Below are positions 29,784 to 39,512 of a stretch of 64,000 bases of DNA, piece after piece (the stretch's first letter is position 1; each line of letters opens with the position of its first letter). The stretch comes from Candidatus Gastranaerophilales bacterium (GTDB taxonomy: Bacteria > Cyanobacteriota > Vampirovibrionia > Gastranaerophilales > Gastranaerophilaceae). Both the position numbers and the translations under genes were made by a program. The notes beneath the pieces are model-generated. The model saw only the letters and a list, made by a program, of their open reading frames with translations, searched no databases and was not told where the DNA came from. The stretch spans positions 2,619 to 66,618 of the forward strand of contig CALUTN010000183.1 of the NCBI GenBank assembly GCA_944323665.1, given 5' to 3'.

Positions 29784-30267
29784 TAAATTAAAACTATTGC
29801 CATATTATCATGAAAATTATGATAGTATAGCCAAAGAAGCAGAAGAAACTGGAAATTATGTCTATAATAACTGGTGGTATCTTCACGGTAAATTAGAGGA
29901 TATACTACATTATGATAAGGCTAGCATTATTAATGCCAAAGAATGTCCTGAATTTATAAAAATGGTTCCCGAAGCAGAAAAATTAGGAGGTGATGGAACT
30001 ATTTGGACTGGAAGAGTAAAATCTTTTAAATTTATTCCCTGGTTATATCTTAATGATATAGTAGAATGTGAAGTTCTTGGAATTGAAGAACCATGTGTGG
30101 GATATTTCTGGACTACAGATGAATTAGCCATGACAATAACTTCTGAATCTGGAGAATGTTTTGACGATCATCATTGGTTTCAAAGAGGATTAATTTGTTT
30201 AAAATCCGATATTGAAAGTTGTGAGTATGCACTTAAAAAGTTTACCGAAAAAGAAACATTTTTATGA
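29773..30267 (+). CDS. Hypothetical protein (164 aa)
   Basis: Track ORF. Confidence 0.45.
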   Translation: MSANKLKLLPYYHENYDSIAKEAEETGNYVYNNWWYLHGKLEDILHYDKASIINAKECPEFIKMVPEAEKLGGDGTIWTGRVKSFKFIPWLYLNDIVECEVLGIEEPCVGYFWTTDELAMTITSESGECFDDHHWFQRGLICLKSDIESCEYALKKFTEKETFL

Positions 30268-30482
30268 AAAAGATTCTATTTTTATTAGTAGTTGTATTAC
30301 TATACAGTTGTGAATATAATACTTCTGTTAGAATAAGTCCAGAAGGAAGCGTACCATTTACTTTTATAACTCATTTTGAGTATAAAAATCATCAGTATAT
30401 CAAATTTGAGACTAATGGATGTGATTCTAGAATAGGTGGGGTAGTTCATGATCCAGATTGTAAATATTGTAATAAGAAATAA
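30264..30482 (+). CDS. Small lipoprotein (signal peptide MKKILFLLVVVLLYSC)
   Basis: Track ORF with a lipobox-like LYSC. Confidence 0.4.
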   Translation: MKKILFLLVVVLLYSCEYNTSVRISPEGSVPFTFITHFEYKNHQYIKFETNGCDSRIGGVVHDPDCKYCNKK

Positions 30483-31002
30483 TATGGTAAATCTTTATTA
30501 TTTAGTAGCTGCTATTGCATATGGTATTTTTATTGTCCAGTTTATCTTATCTTGGTTTGGTGGAGACACTGATCTTGATGTAGATTTGGATGGAAATTTT
30601 GATATGGATGTTGGTGATTTAGTATCATTTAAAGGTTTAATCCATTTTCTAATGGGTTCTTTTGGATGGTTAAGTATTAAAAATCTAACATCTGAAGTTC
30701 AATGGTACGATTTTCTGATAGCTTTAGTTATCGGAATACTGTTTGTAACTATACTTTACTATTTATATAAACTTGTTTTACGTCTTCAACATCAAGTAAT
30801 TCCAGAAGAAGGGGAAGATTTAATTGGAAAATCTGGTATTATCTATTTAAAAATGGGAATGTTTAGATATATTCTAACAGTAGAAATAAATGGAGGAACA
30901 GAAGAAATTAGAGCCTATCCCGAAAATTCTGATTTATCTTATGAAATAGGAGATCAGGTAGTAATTACTAAATTTGAAGACAAATTTTATTATTTTAAAT
31001 AA
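30448..31002 (+). CDS. NfeD-like membrane protein (N-terminal transmembrane segments plus a C-terminal beta-barrel/OB domain), partner of the flotillin
   Basis: Track ORF. Hydrophobic N-terminus with a soluble C-terminal domain, sitting immediately upstream of the SPFH gene as in yuaF-floT-type operons. Confidence 0.4.
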   Translation: MIQIVNIVIRNNMVNLYYLVAAIAYGIFIVQFILSWFGGDTDLDVDLDGNFDMDVGDLVSFKGLIHFLMGSFGWLSIKNLTSEVQWYDFLIALVIGILFVTILYYLYKLVLRLQHQVIPEEGEDLIGKSGIIYLKMGMFRYILTVEINGGTEEIRAYPENSDLSYEIGDQVVITKFEDKFYYFK

Positions 31003-31012
31003 CAAATAAATT

Positions 31013-32989
31013 ATGACAACATTTATTATTGCAGGAATCATTGTAGTTTTAATAGTGTTAACTTTTATCGGACTTTTGTCACGTTATAGAAAGTGTGCAA
31101 GTGATGAAATCTTGGTAGTATTTGGTAAAGCAGGTAAGAAAACTGTAATTAATCCAGAAACTGGAAAGAAGGAAGAAGTTATTTTGCATTCTAAAATTAT
31201 TCACGGAGGTGGTACATTTGTAATGCCTGTTATTCAGGATTGGAAAAAGATGAGTTTGAAACCAATTCAGATTCAAGTTACTGTATCTGGAGTCTCAAGT
31301 CAAATGATTAAAGTTTCTATTCCTGTAACATTAACTACTGGTATTGGTACAACCCAGGTACTTATGCAAAATGCTGCAAGTAGATTCTTAACTGCAAATA
31401 CTAAAGAAATTGCTGGACAAATTCAGGATATTCTTATTGGTGAAGTAAGATCTTTAATGGCAACAATGACTATTGAAGAGATCAATGCTGATAGAATTAA
31501 ATTCTTGGGTAAAGCAAAAGAAAATATTGAAACTGAATTGAATAAAGTAGGATTTAGTATTATTAATATTAATAATGCTGATATTACTGATGATGCCAAC
31601 TATATTAAGAATCATGGCCAGAAAGCTGCAACTAAAGCACAGTCTCAAGCACAAGCAGATATTGCAGAAGAAAAGAAGAAAGGAGATATTCAGATTGCAG
31701 AAACTGAGAAGGAACGTCAGATTGCAGTAACTAATGCTGAAAAGGAAAGAGAAACTCAGGTTGCTCAAACTAAACAGGAAAAAGAAGTAAAGGTTGCAGA
31801 AATTAATCAGGAAAAGGAGATTAAGCTTGCAGAAGCTGAAAAGAATAAGCTTTCAGGTATTGCTGCCCAGCAGGCAGAACAAGAAGCTAATGTAGCTAAA
31901 TCTGCAACTCAAGCTGCTTCTGCTAAAGCACAAGCCGAAGCTGAGAGAGTAGCTAATGTAGCTGCAGCAAAGGCAGAAGCTGATTCTAAGCAGGCTAAGT
32001 CGGAAGCAGAAGCTGTAGCAAGTATTGCTCAATCTCAGGCTGAAGCCGACTCTAAGAAGGCAGAAGCTGAAGCTGCTAAACAAACTCGTATAGCTCAAGC
32101 TAAGCAGAAACAGGAAGCTGAAACTCAGAAAGCAATTAATGAGCAAGAAGCAGCTGTTGCTCAGTATGAATCAGAAAAGAGACAGAAAGCGGCCGAAGCT
32201 GACAAAGCTGCTGGGGTAGCAGAACATATGGCTACTATTGAAGTATCTAAAGCTAAGGGAGAAGCAGCTAAAGCAGAGGCAGAAGCTGAGAAAGTTGCGG
32301 GTACTTCTAAAGTAGAAGCGCAGATGCAGATTGAGAAGATAAAGCAAGAAAAGCAATTGGAGGTTAATGAAGCTGCAGCTCTAGCAATAGAAGCTAAATT
32401 GCATGCTGAAACTATTGTTCCTGCTCAGAAAGAGAAAGAGAAAATTACAATCGAAGCAGAGACAGTTAAACAAAAGACAATTCTAGAAGCTGAAGCTGAA
32501 GCAGCTAAGATCTTGAAAGAAGCTGAAGCTAAAGCTGATGCTACTAAGTTACAGATGGAAGCAGAAGCAGAAGGTATTCGTAAAAAACTTCTTGCTGAAG
32601 CAGAGGGTAAGAGAGCATCTTTGATGGCTGAAGCCGATAAAGTACAGGCTATTGAAATGGCTCCAGCTCTTGCAGTTAAAGAAATGATTGCTAATGGTAT
32701 GACACCAGAAATGGTTGTTCAATATAAGACTGTAGATCAATTAACTGGTATTGCCGAAGCTTCTTCTCAGATGTTTGAACATATCCATCTTGGACAAGTT
32801 ACTGTATATGGTAATGAGAATACTGCAGGTAACTTTATGGCAAAGACTGCCGAGAATCTTAATCCTGCATTGGAACTTCTTAAAACAATTCCTTTTGCAG
32901 ATACTGTTAAGCAGATGTTTGGACAAAAGCAAATTGAAGCTAAGAAAACTGAAGAAGAAACTACTGAAACTTTTGAAGAAGTGAAGTAA
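31013..32989 (+). CDS. Flotillin-like SPFH/band-7 protein (658 aa) with a long Glu/Ala/Lys-rich coiled-coil repeat region
   Basis: N-terminal transmembrane anchor followed by an SPFH-like domain (...ILVVFGKAGKK...VMPVIQDWKKMSLKPIQIQVTVSGVSSQMIKVSIPVTLT...). The EA-repeat coiled coil is typical of FloT/YqiK-type flotillins. Confidence 0.6.
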   Translation: MTTFIIAGIIVVLIVLTFIGLLSRYRKCASDEILVVFGKAGKKTVINPETGKKEEVILHSKIIHGGGTFVMPVIQDWKKMSLKPIQIQVTVSGVSSQMIKVSIPVTLTTGIGTTQVLMQNAASRFLTANTKEIAGQIQDILIGEVRSLMATMTIEEINADRIKFLGKAKENIETELNKVGFSIININNADITDDANYIKNHGQKAATKAQSQAQADIAEEKKKGDIQIAETEKERQIAVTNAEKERETQVAQTKQEKEVKVAEINQEKEIKLAEAEKNKLSGIAAQQAEQEANVAKSATQAASAKAQAEAERVANVAAAKAEADSKQAKSEAEAVASIAQSQAEADSKKAEAEAAKQTRIAQAKQKQEAETQKAINEQEAAVAQYESEKRQKAAEADKAAGVAEHMATIEVSKAKGEAAKAEAEAEKVAGTSKVEAQMQIEKIKQEKQLEVNEAAALAIEAKLHAETIVPAQKEKEKITIEAETVKQKTILEAEAEAAKILKEAEAKADATKLQMEAEAEGIRKKLLAEAEGKRASLMAEADKVQAIEMAPALAVKEMIANGMTPEMVVQYKTVDQLTGIAEASSQMFEHIHLGQVTVYGNENTAGNFMAKTAENLNPALELLKTIPFADTVKQMFGQKQIEAKKTEEETTETFEEVK

Positions 32990-32995
32990 ATTGTA

Positions 32996-33044
32996 GGCAT
33001 AGGGACATTTAATAGTAAAGTATAGTTAGTCCCTATGCTTTTTT
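32996..33044 (+). terminator. Rho-independent terminator after the flotillin gene
   Basis: GGCATAGGGAC...GTCCCTATGC stem followed by TTTTTT. Confidence 0.6.
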
Positions 33045-33131
33045 GGAGGTATGGGTGAGTGGCTGAAACCACGTCTCTGCTAAAGACGCGAACTCTTTTG
33101 GGTTCCGCTGGTTCGAATCCAGCTGCCTCCG
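33045..33131 (+). tRNA. tRNA-Ser(GCU)
   Basis: Class II tRNA. Acceptor GGAGGTA/TGCCTCC. Anticodon stem CGTCT/AGACG with loop CTGCTAA. Long variable arm. T-arm GCTGG-TTCGAAT-CCAGC. Confidence 0.7.
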
Positions 33132-33298
33132 CATTTATTAATAAAATTAAATATTTAATGATTAATTGTAATGGAAGAAACGTTTGGATTTATAACTGGT
33201 GCGTCACTTACACTATGTTTAATTACAGATGATAAGTATATTAAGATACTATCTGCACTAATATTTGTATTTTCTATTTTACTTAAACTATTTAAAAT

Positions 33299-33787
33299 AT
33301 GAGTATAGAAGATTTAAAAATAATACCACCAGAAGGAATGGAATGGTATCAAGAAGGTAATGAAATCAAATTCCGTCCTATTGGACAAATAATAAGTTAT
33401 GAAGATGTAGCTAAAAAATTATTTCTTGAGAAGAAAACATACTTTATTAATGACTCAGGAAATATTAGAAGTCTTGATGTAAATAACCACTATAAAGACC
33501 CTAATAATTGTACTTCAGAAAAGCAGGCACAAAAACTATTAGCTATAAATAAATTAATGAATGTAGCTAAGTACCTTAACAAGGGTGAGACTGTTGAATA
33601 CGGCTATTATATTTGTATATATGAAAATGTCATTACTAATGATGACGTAAGCATAGATGTTGCTAGTGACACAGTAGGTGGTATAAGAAAAGGCTGCATT
33701 AATTTTGAAACTGAGGAGCTAGCAAGACAAGCTATTGAAATATTAGGAGAAGAAACTATTAAACTTGCATTAAGTACTGATTGGTAA
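33299..33787 (+). CDS. Hypothetical protein (162 aa)
   Basis: Track ORF. Confidence 0.45.
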   Translation: MSIEDLKIIPPEGMEWYQEGNEIKFRPIGQIISYEDVAKKLFLEKKTYFINDSGNIRSLDVNNHYKDPNNCTSEKQAQKLLAINKLMNVAKYLNKGETVEYGYYICIYENVITNDDVSIDVASDTVGGIRKGCINFETEELARQAIEILGEETIKLALSTDW

Positions 33788-33788
33788 T

Positions 33789-33974
33789 ATGAAAGAGGAA
33801 TTTATTCATGTTAAAGTAAAAGATGCTGTAAATAATGGCATAATTGAGAGTTATGATTATATAGTTTGTCCTAAATGTTATAATAAAAAATATTATTCAT
33901 ATAATACTACTTTTTATGATAACGACTATACTTGTGAAAAATGTAGTTATAAAAATAAAGTTGGGAAATTATAA
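33789..33974 (+). CDS. Small zinc-ribbon protein (CPKC...CEKC)
   Basis: Track ORF. Confidence 0.35.
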   Translation: MKEEFIHVKVKDAVNNGIIESYDYIVCPKCYNKKYYSYNTTFYDNDYTCEKCSYKNKVGKL

Positions 33975-34110
33975 CAGCACAACAATTAATTAACATTTTA
34001 GGTACTATAGATTATTTAAAATCAAATGAAACTGCAGGAAAACTTCCTGATGAGTGTATACAAGCTCTTGATAAATTAATAAATGAATATTTAGAAAATA
34101 AATAAGTATT

Positions 34111-34743
34111 ATGGCTGCAATAGATAAAACTTATACTTCTGATTATAATGAGTATCAGAAATTTTTAAATTGGGCTAAAGAAACCACTTTTACATGTCCT
34201 AATGGACTTAAACTATATGTTTATGACTATGTCTATGATTATTGGACAGAAGAAGATATGAAAGAAACTCCTCGTCCAGTAATGAACTCCCCTCAAACTT
34301 TGGATTATTTCTTAATTAAATATTGTCCATTTGAGTTTGTTAAAGAGAGAATGAGGGAAGTTTATGATGATGAATTTGTTAATTCTGTATTAAATGGAAC
34401 TAGTGAATATGATACTTTTAAATATCCAGAAATAGGTACTAAATTTACTATTGTAAGAGGTAGGCATATGAAACATAAAGATTATCTCTGGAAATTTAGA
34501 AAAAGAAAAATATACTTTGATATAAATGTTGAATATAAAGAAGAACATATCTGGTTTAATTGTAAATTAAAACGATTTCTACTTCCTGATGAATTGGGAG
34601 AAATAGATACAAGTTGGGCAGAATGTGGTAGAACAGTTAAATCTTTAATAAGACATTTAAGAAAGGTAAAATTACCAAAAGGGTCTATAATAAAAACTAC
34701 TGGTAGATATATAGGAGAAGATTTATTGATTTTAGTTAAATAA
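34111..34743 (+). CDS. Hypothetical protein (210 aa)
   Basis: Track ORF. Confidence 0.45.
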   Translation: MAAIDKTYTSDYNEYQKFLNWAKETTFTCPNGLKLYVYDYVYDYWTEEDMKETPRPVMNSPQTLDYFLIKYCPFEFVKERMREVYDDEFVNSVLNGTSEYDTFKYPEIGTKFTIVRGRHMKHKDYLWKFRKRKIYFDINVEYKEEHIWFNCKLKRFLLPDELGEIDTSWAECGRTVKSLIRHLRKVKLPKGSIIKTTGRYIGEDLLILVK

Positions 34744-34747
34744 AATT

Positions 34748-35194
34748 ATGGAAGAATGGCAATATTATGGCTTATTCCTAGACAAAGATACTAGGGACAA
34801 ATTAATCTCATTTTTAGAGAATAGTAAGTGGGATTATCTTTATGAAGAACTTTCAAAGGTTTATCTAGACCATTGTACCTTATTGCATCAAGCTCATCTT
34901 AAAGAAGATTCTTTTAAAAGTATCAGTATTAAAGAATGGCTAGATGTATTACTTAAACTTGGAATTACTCAAAAAAATATATTAATAACTCATATAGGCT
35001 ATTCTAATAAGTCTTTAGCTTTTAAGGTAATTCTTAATTCTTTTGATCCTATTAAATATCCAATATGTTTTAATGAAACTCCTCATATTACTATTGGTAC
35101 ATACAAAGATGGAAAACCTGTAGATAGTAATAATATTACTGAATGGCATGAAATCAAACCTATTAAGATAACTGTGAACTTAAAAAGAATATGA
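34748..35194 (+). CDS. Hypothetical protein (148 aa)
   Basis: Track ORF. Confidence 0.45.
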   Translation: MEEWQYYGLFLDKDTRDKLISFLENSKWDYLYEELSKVYLDHCTLLHQAHLKEDSFKSISIKEWLDVLLKLGITQKNILITHIGYSNKSLAFKVILNSFDPIKYPICFNETPHITIGTYKDGKPVDSNNITEWHEIKPIKITVNLKRI

Positions 35195-35210
35195 GATTGA
35201 TATTTAAAAT

Positions 35211-35483
35211 ATGGAAAAATATTATAGCTTAAACATAAGTATATTATTTTATAAATTTCCTGGATTTATATTTAGAAATGGTTGTGCCGAACTAATAGGT
35301 TATAATCCAGAAACTCATGTTCACATGATCATTGATGATGGGCTACGCGTTTCTACAGATGAAAAATGGCTTGTTCATCAATACACAATTAAAAATCCAG
35401 AGAAGTTTAATTGGCTAGAGTGGAAATATATTTGTGATGAAAATATTGCAGAAAAAATATTTGAAGGTTGGGTAGAATTATGA
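35211..35483 (+). CDS. Hypothetical protein (90 aa)
   Basis: Track ORF. Confidence 0.4.
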   Translation: MEKYYSLNISILFYKFPGFIFRNGCAELIGYNPETHVHMIIDDGLRVSTDEKWLVHQYTIKNPEKFNWLEWKYICDENIAEKIFEGWVEL

Positions 35484-35740
35484 AGAAGATTAAAATGTGG
35501 ATTGCAAGAGATGAAGGAATCTATGATGATGACTATGATGTTTTAGAAAAAGGTAAACTTCATCTCTTTTATGACACTCCTTTAGTTCATGAGGATCTAG
35601 ATACTCGTACATTAAAATTTGATGGTGCTAGATGTATTGGAGAAATTCCAAGTTATATGTATCCTTGGATTAAAGAAGGAGATTGTTATGAATTAGCTTT
35701 TAATACTCCCTATTTTACTAATTTTATAAGAATAAAATGA
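35468..35740 (+). CDS. Hypothetical protein (90 aa)
   Basis: Track ORF. Confidence 0.4.
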   Translation: MGRIMKKIKMWIARDEGIYDDDYDVLEKGKLHLFYDTPLVHEDLDTRTLKFDGARCIGEIPSYMYPWIKEGDCYELAFNTPYFTNFIRIK

Positions 35741-36000
35741 GATATATAATAATATTATTAGCATGTTTTATAGTATCATGCAATAATTCACATCATACAC
35801 ACGAACAACAAGAACAGCAAGTAGAATATATTGAAAAGTATTGTCCTAATTGTAATGGAGTGGGAAAAATAAAAATGTCTACATCAGCGAAAATTGCTCT
35901 TGGAATTATTACATTTGGACATGGTTTATTATGTGAAACCGAAACTTGTGAAATGTGTAGAGGAACCGGAGTTATTAAAGTAAGAAAATTAAAACAATGA
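35737..36000 (+). CDS. Small lipoprotein or secreted protein with a C-terminal CxxC...CxxC zinc ribbon
   Basis: Track ORF. Signal-like MRYIIILLACFIVSC. Confidence 0.4.
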   Translation: MRYIIILLACFIVSCNNSHHTHEQQEQQVEYIEKYCPNCNGVGKIKMSTSAKIALGIITFGHGLLCETETCEMCRGTGVIKVRKLKQ

Positions 36001-36563
36001 TAACTAGAGTATGTTTTGTAGCATTAAGTAATCATAAAATAGTTAGAAAAATTATTCCTATTGAACATGATTTCGAAACTATTCCTGAATCTGAATTTTT
36101 AGGATATAAATTACCAGAAGTACCTATTGATAGTCAAGTTATTGATTATCTAGATACTATTGATAAATCTAATATTATGTTGAAATATGATTTTGACATG
36201 ATAATAGATTATTATGTTCTTAAAAAGAAAAAGAAGAAAAGTGATGAAATAGCTGAATTTATAGAATATCTTGAACCTTATGTTACTGAAGATATGTATA
36301 GACCCATTGAAGTAATTATATCTGAAGCAAAAGATATATTGTTTGGAAAAGGTAAATCTAATGAAACAAAGGTAAAAGAATTATTTATAATATACGGAAT
36401 TGTAAATAAATCAATAAAAGGTACTTTAAATAGTATAGAAAAAATTATAGAAAAATATGAGAACAGTAACAATAGAAGTACCGGACGATTGCGAAGTTCG
36501 GATTGTCAAGAAGGAAGAGAAAAAAGAAGAACCTGTAATCAGAACTTATCAAGATTTGATTAA
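35997..36563 (+). CDS. Hypothetical protein. Its 3' end (after about 36460) overlaps the next ORF out of frame, and its C-terminal tail looks non-native.
   Basis: Track ORF. There is a 107-nt overlap with 36457..36918. Confidence 0.35.
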   Translation: MITRVCFVALSNHKIVRKIIPIEHDFETIPESEFLGYKLPEVPIDSQVIDYLDTIDKSNIMLKYDFDMIIDYYVLKKKKKKSDEIAEFIEYLEPYVTEDMYRPIEVIISEAKDILFGKGKSNETKVKELFIIYGIVNKSIKGTLNSIEKIIEKYENSNNRSTGRLRSSDCQEGREKRRTCNQNLSRFD

Positions 36564-36918
36564 GAATCATAAAACTATGAACGGTTACTGGATTAATTCT
36601 TATTCAGAGATAACTATAACTAGGGACTTTGGTTCTTGTAATATTTGTAAAAATGTAGCAATCTCAAAAAAAGTAGCTAAGTCTATGCTTGCAATGGCTA
36701 TGATTAGTCAATTAATGCCATACTATGGAGGAGCTATTATTGATGAAGAGTGGCAAAATACCAATAGTAAATATGTTATAGTTAAAATAAGAGGTACAAT
36801 ACATATAGATGATTTTTTTAGTAAGTATCATTTTCTTGCTTTTCATACAGCAGAACAAAGAAATAATTTTCTTAAATATAATGAACAGCTGGTTAAAGAT
36901 TATCTAATGATTGATTAA
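36457..36918 (+). CDS. Hypothetical protein (153 aa)
   Basis: Track ORF. Confidence 0.4.
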   Translation: MRTVTIEVPDDCEVRIVKKEEKKEEPVIRTYQDLIKNHKTMNGYWINSYSEITITRDFGSCNICKNVAISKKVAKSMLAMAMISQLMPYYGGAIIDEEWQNTNSKYVIVKIRGTIHIDDFFSKYHFLAFHTAEQRNNFLKYNEQLVKDYLMID

Positions 36919-37339
36919 AAATATTAATATTATGCAGATTTATGGCGGTAAATTTAAAAGTATCCCTTTTCCAAATGATAATTTTCAGAAGTGGGATGTA
37001 GTTACTCCTAAAGACCCAAATAGGTATGGTGCACATTATACTATTATAGATTATAGATTCTATGAATTTAGTAATGGAACAACAGGCTATTATTATATTT
37101 TAGAAACTGATCTTTATTGTGAAGAAATTTGGGTAGCCGATTTAAGAGATTATGAAAAATTATATTCTAAAAGAAAAGAAATAGCTCTTAATCTATGTGG
37201 TAAACTTAAAACTAGACTTAAATATATTTCAGATGTTAAAAAGGATATAAATAAAACTCTTGATATTGACACTAACTTACTTTCTGAAGGTATAGAAAAA
37301 ATTGAAACATTTTGTAAAATTTTAGAACATATAAAATAA
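36911..37339 (+). CDS. Hypothetical protein (142 aa)
   Basis: Track ORF. Confidence 0.45.
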   Translation: MIKNINIMQIYGGKFKSIPFPNDNFQKWDVVTPKDPNRYGAHYTIIDYRFYEFSNGTTGYYYILETDLYCEEIWVADLRDYEKLYSKRKEIALNLCGKLKTRLKYISDVKKDINKTLDIDTNLLSEGIEKIETFCKILEHIK

Positions 37340-37746
37340 TGTTTACTTGTCAGTGTTTAATAAATAAAAATAATCCTACATTAAGAAGGAAGTTAGAAAA
37401 AATGGGATATAAGTTAAAAGGTACTCTTAAAGATTTTCCTTTTATTTATTGTAAAAATGGTTTTTATCAAACTCCATCTTTTAATGAAAGACCTTCTAAA
37501 GATAAATATATAAATTGTGAGGATAATGAATTACTATTTCTGTCTTTAGCTGCTTTAAATGATTCTACGGATAAATATCAAATATTTATATTAGACGAAG
37601 ATTACGGAGAAGAAGATTTTGGTATTTTATCTAAAAACTCATTTCATCTATGTAAGGATGATAAATTTAATAATTATTTTCCTGTAAATTTTATATGCCA
37701 TAAAGCTAGTGTGAATGAATTAATTAAATTTTATAATGTTAGTTAG
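37339..37746 (+). CDS. Hypothetical protein (135 aa)
   Basis: Track ORF. Confidence 0.45.
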   Translation: MFTCQCLINKNNPTLRRKLEKMGYKLKGTLKDFPFIYCKNGFYQTPSFNERPSKDKYINCEDNELLFLSLAALNDSTDKYQIFILDEDYGEEDFGILSKNSFHLCKDDKFNNYFPVNFICHKASVNELIKFYNVS

Positions 37747-37827
37747 AGTCATAAAAGATAATTCTATAGTAGAAGTAGAAAAAGGAGTTTATTTATATAT
37801 AGATAGTTTTGGAAATTTTTATAATTA

Positions 37828-38190
37828 TTGGGAAATAGAAATACTATGAATAGAGGAGAAAGAAGAGAGAGATCTAAAAGAAAATGGATTTCAAGAGCAA
37901 AGAAAATCTATAATACTTACAAAGATTCACTTAATTTTAGTTCTATTACTGAATTTTTAAATAAGGATATCTATGGAAAGTTTATAAAAAACACTCCTAA
38001 TCCTTTTAAAGATAAGATTAGAAAATCTATTTTTAAAAAGGAGAATAGAAAAGAGAGATACTTTAAAAAGGATATCAACGAAGGCATTCAGGAATATAAT
38101 TCTCTAAATGATTTAACTTGTACTTCTTGTATTCACTATGAAAATTGTCAAAAAAGTCATGTGGATATATGTTCCGATTATTATGATTAA
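37828..38190 (+). CDS. Hypothetical basic protein with a C-terminal Cys cluster (120 aa)
   Basis: Track ORF. Confidence 0.4.
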   Translation: MGNRNTMNRGERRERSKRKWISRAKKIYNTYKDSLNFSSITEFLNKDIYGKFIKNTPNPFKDKIRKSIFKKENRKERYFKKDINEGIQEYNSLNDLTCTSCIHYENCQKSHVDICSDYYD

Positions 38191-38192
38191 AT

Positions 38193-38546
38193 ATGGAAAA
38201 ATATATTAATGGAAACCTGGTAAAGAAAATTATAGTACATAAAAAATCAGAAAATCCATACTGGGAACATCATATTGGGTTTTACAAATTTTTGTGGAGG
38301 AAAAAATCCTATGATTACTGGAATTATCGGATGGATGATTATACCGAGGAAGAAATGATAAAAAAGTTACCTGAACTTGATTGTTATTTTGAAAACGGAA
38401 AGATATATTATCTTCCTTATATAGTATTAAAATTTTCTAAAAATTACGATGAATCAATTACATTTAAGACTATAGAGGATCTTAATAAATGGTTAAATTT
38501 ATTTTTGAATAAATATCCAAATACATTCTATAAATTAGAGGATTAA
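38193..38546 (+). CDS. Hypothetical protein (117 aa)
   Basis: Track ORF. Confidence 0.45.
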   Translation: MEKYINGNLVKKIIVHKKSENPYWEHHIGFYKFLWRKKSYDYWNYRMDDYTEEEMIKKLPELDCYFENGKIYYLPYIVLKFSKNYDESITFKTIEDLNKWLNLFLNKYPNTFYKLED

Positions 38547-38586
38547 CAATTTTTAACTTTTAGCTAATCAAAAAATAGTTATTATT

Positions 38587-38853
38587 ATGGCAGAATTAAT
38601 TATTAAACAAAACGGAACTTGTGATTTAAAATTTCATGCAAATTTAAAAAATTATAAAATGAAAAGAGAAATTACTTATAAAGGAAATAATTTTATTTTG
38701 TTTATTAATAAAAACGATTCTATATATGATGTAATTAATAAGTCAACAAATTCTAGAGATACTTATTTCTTTAATAAACTAAAGGGAAATCCTTCTAGTA
38801 CTGCTATGCAGAAAATATTTGCTGAAATAAATATGAGAGAACTAATTTCATAA
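38587..38853 (+). CDS. Hypothetical protein (88 aa), followed by a hairpin terminator (GGAGAGATTAATTCTCTCC plus T-rich tail at 38858..38886)
   Basis: Track ORF. The downstream hairpin is visible in the sequence. Confidence 0.4.
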   Translation: MAELIIKQNGTCDLKFHANLKNYKMKREITYKGNNFILFINKNDSIYDVINKSTNSRDTYFFNKLKGNPSSTAMQKIFAEINMRELIS

Positions 38854-39136
38854 AACTGGAGAGATTAATTCTCTCCTATCTTTAGAATATCTCTTCTTTA
38901 AAAGAAATATTATAATGTTAAGCCGTGGGATGGGAAATTCGGCTTTAAACAGTACCCACACCTTTTGTAAGATTCAAGGTAAATCGAAATCTTTATATAA
39001 AACTTTTTAATACCAAGTTTTGGAAATAGTTTTAGAGGTATTAATTGCAGAATTGGTGAAATGGTTATCACATGACACTTCCAATGTCAAGTTGACAGTT
39101 CGATTCTGTTATTCTGCTCCAAAATTTTAATTTACC

Positions 39137-39451
39137 ATGAAAGTAAAATGTACAACCTGTAATAAATTTTTTAATTATGGAGATTATAATTCTCCAATGT
39201 TTATAAATAAAATTTGGAATAAAATCATAACTTATTATGGATTAGCCAACTTTGAAAAAGAAGCAGCTAGAAAGTTTATCCCTTTCTATAAGAAAGGAGA
39301 TATAAGTTATAGAGAAGATTGCCATGTTTTTATTTGTAGTAAGTGTGCAGAAAAAGCCTTAGGTAGAAAAATACTTACCTCAGACATCAATGATTCTGTA
39401 TTTAATATTCCATTTAGAGAAAAGTATTTTAAAGAACCTCGATGTGACTGA
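39137..39451 (+). CDS. Zinc-finger protein (104 aa). Its last about 14 nt overlap the 5' end of tRNA-Cys.
   Basis: Track ORF with CTTC...CSKC pairs. Confidence 0.4.
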   Translation: MKVKCTTCNKFFNYGDYNSPMFINKIWNKIITYYGLANFEKEAARKFIPFYKKGDISYREDCHVFICSKCAEKALGRKILTSDINDSVFNIPFREKYFKEPRCD

Positions 39452-39512
39452 GTGGTCTAAAGTTGCGCTCTGCAAAAGCGTTATTTCATTGGTTCGAATC
39501 CAATCATCGAGT
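39438..39512 (+). tRNA. tRNA-Cys(GCA)
   Basis: Acceptor CTCGATG/CATCGAG is perfect. Anticodon stem GCGCT/AGCGT with loop CTGCAAA. T-arm ATTGG-TTCGAAT-CCAAT. Confidence 0.65.

Noticed and set aside
31079-33072. Cluster of antisense (-) ORFs (31079..31276, 31454..31768, 31853..32146, 32171..32356, 32549..32740, 32741..32932, 32767..33072) and the plus-strand 32751..32984
   Set aside because: All lie inside the 658-aa flotillin gene. They are Ser/Leu/Phe/Cys low-complexity translations of the reverse complement of the GAA/GCT-repeat coiled-coil region, so they are artefacts of repetitive coding.
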